Origin: Octopus bimaculoides
Taxonomy: Eukaryota
Assembly: GCF_001194135.2 (NCBI RefSeq)
Contig: NC_068998.1
Coordinates: 8,963,279-8,996,812 of the forward strand
Direction: 5' to 3'
DNA: 33,534 bases
Shown here piece after piece: positions 33,176-33,534 of this stretch. The notes beneath the pieces are model-generated. The model did no database searches. It saw nothing but the letters and a program-made list of their open reading frames with translations, and had not been told where the DNA came from. The position numbers and the translations under genes were made by a program. Within the stretch, counting starts at the first letter, position 1. Every line of letters begins with the position of its first letter.

Positions 33176-33479
33176 CATATACACACACATATATATACTT
33201 ACATGCATATAGACATATATATATATTCACAAACATATATATTCATATACACAGATACATATATATGTGCATACACACACACGAACATATATACAGATGC
33301 ATACATACTCATATGCACATACATAAAACACACATGCATACATACATATGCTGTTGCAGAAAATAGAAATAATTTCTCTAAGGGTTTTATAATTAAGTTT
33401 TAAATATAGTGGTTGAAATGCGTGAACCTTGTTCTTAGCTTTAGTGCATCTGTGAGTATATGCATATCTGTTACACACA

Positions 33480-33534
<55 letters not shown>
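33040..33534. repeat. Compound (CA)/(TA)n microsatellite
   Basis: Directly visible. Confidence 0.9.

Overview
This is AT-rich eukaryotic genomic DNA from a gapped draft assembly, with 8 N-runs totalling about 3.2 kb. It is dominated by di- and tri-nucleotide microsatellites and by many copies of a few SINE-like families. The repeat motifs and microsatellite load resemble an octopod cephalopod (Octopus-like) intron or intergenic region; this is inference from remembered repeat families and was not checked. No complete protein-coding gene is visible, and essentially every ORF in the supplied track is a microsatellite or gap artefact. Family letters A-E are my own working labels. Supportable content: tRNA-headed SINEs (A, C, D, E), a (GAT)n-tailed SINE-like family (B), a 558-bp element bounded by (ATT)n on both sides, two decayed RTE-clade LINE C-terminal fragments, several tandem arrays, and a 209-bp local duplication that looks like a templated insertion. 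The best finding is a type I hammerhead ribozyme motif with a complete catalytic core on the minus strand at 26905-26996. A few splice-signal candidates (microexon, recursive or terminal-exon acceptor, 135-nt exon) occur on both strands and are only near chance level.
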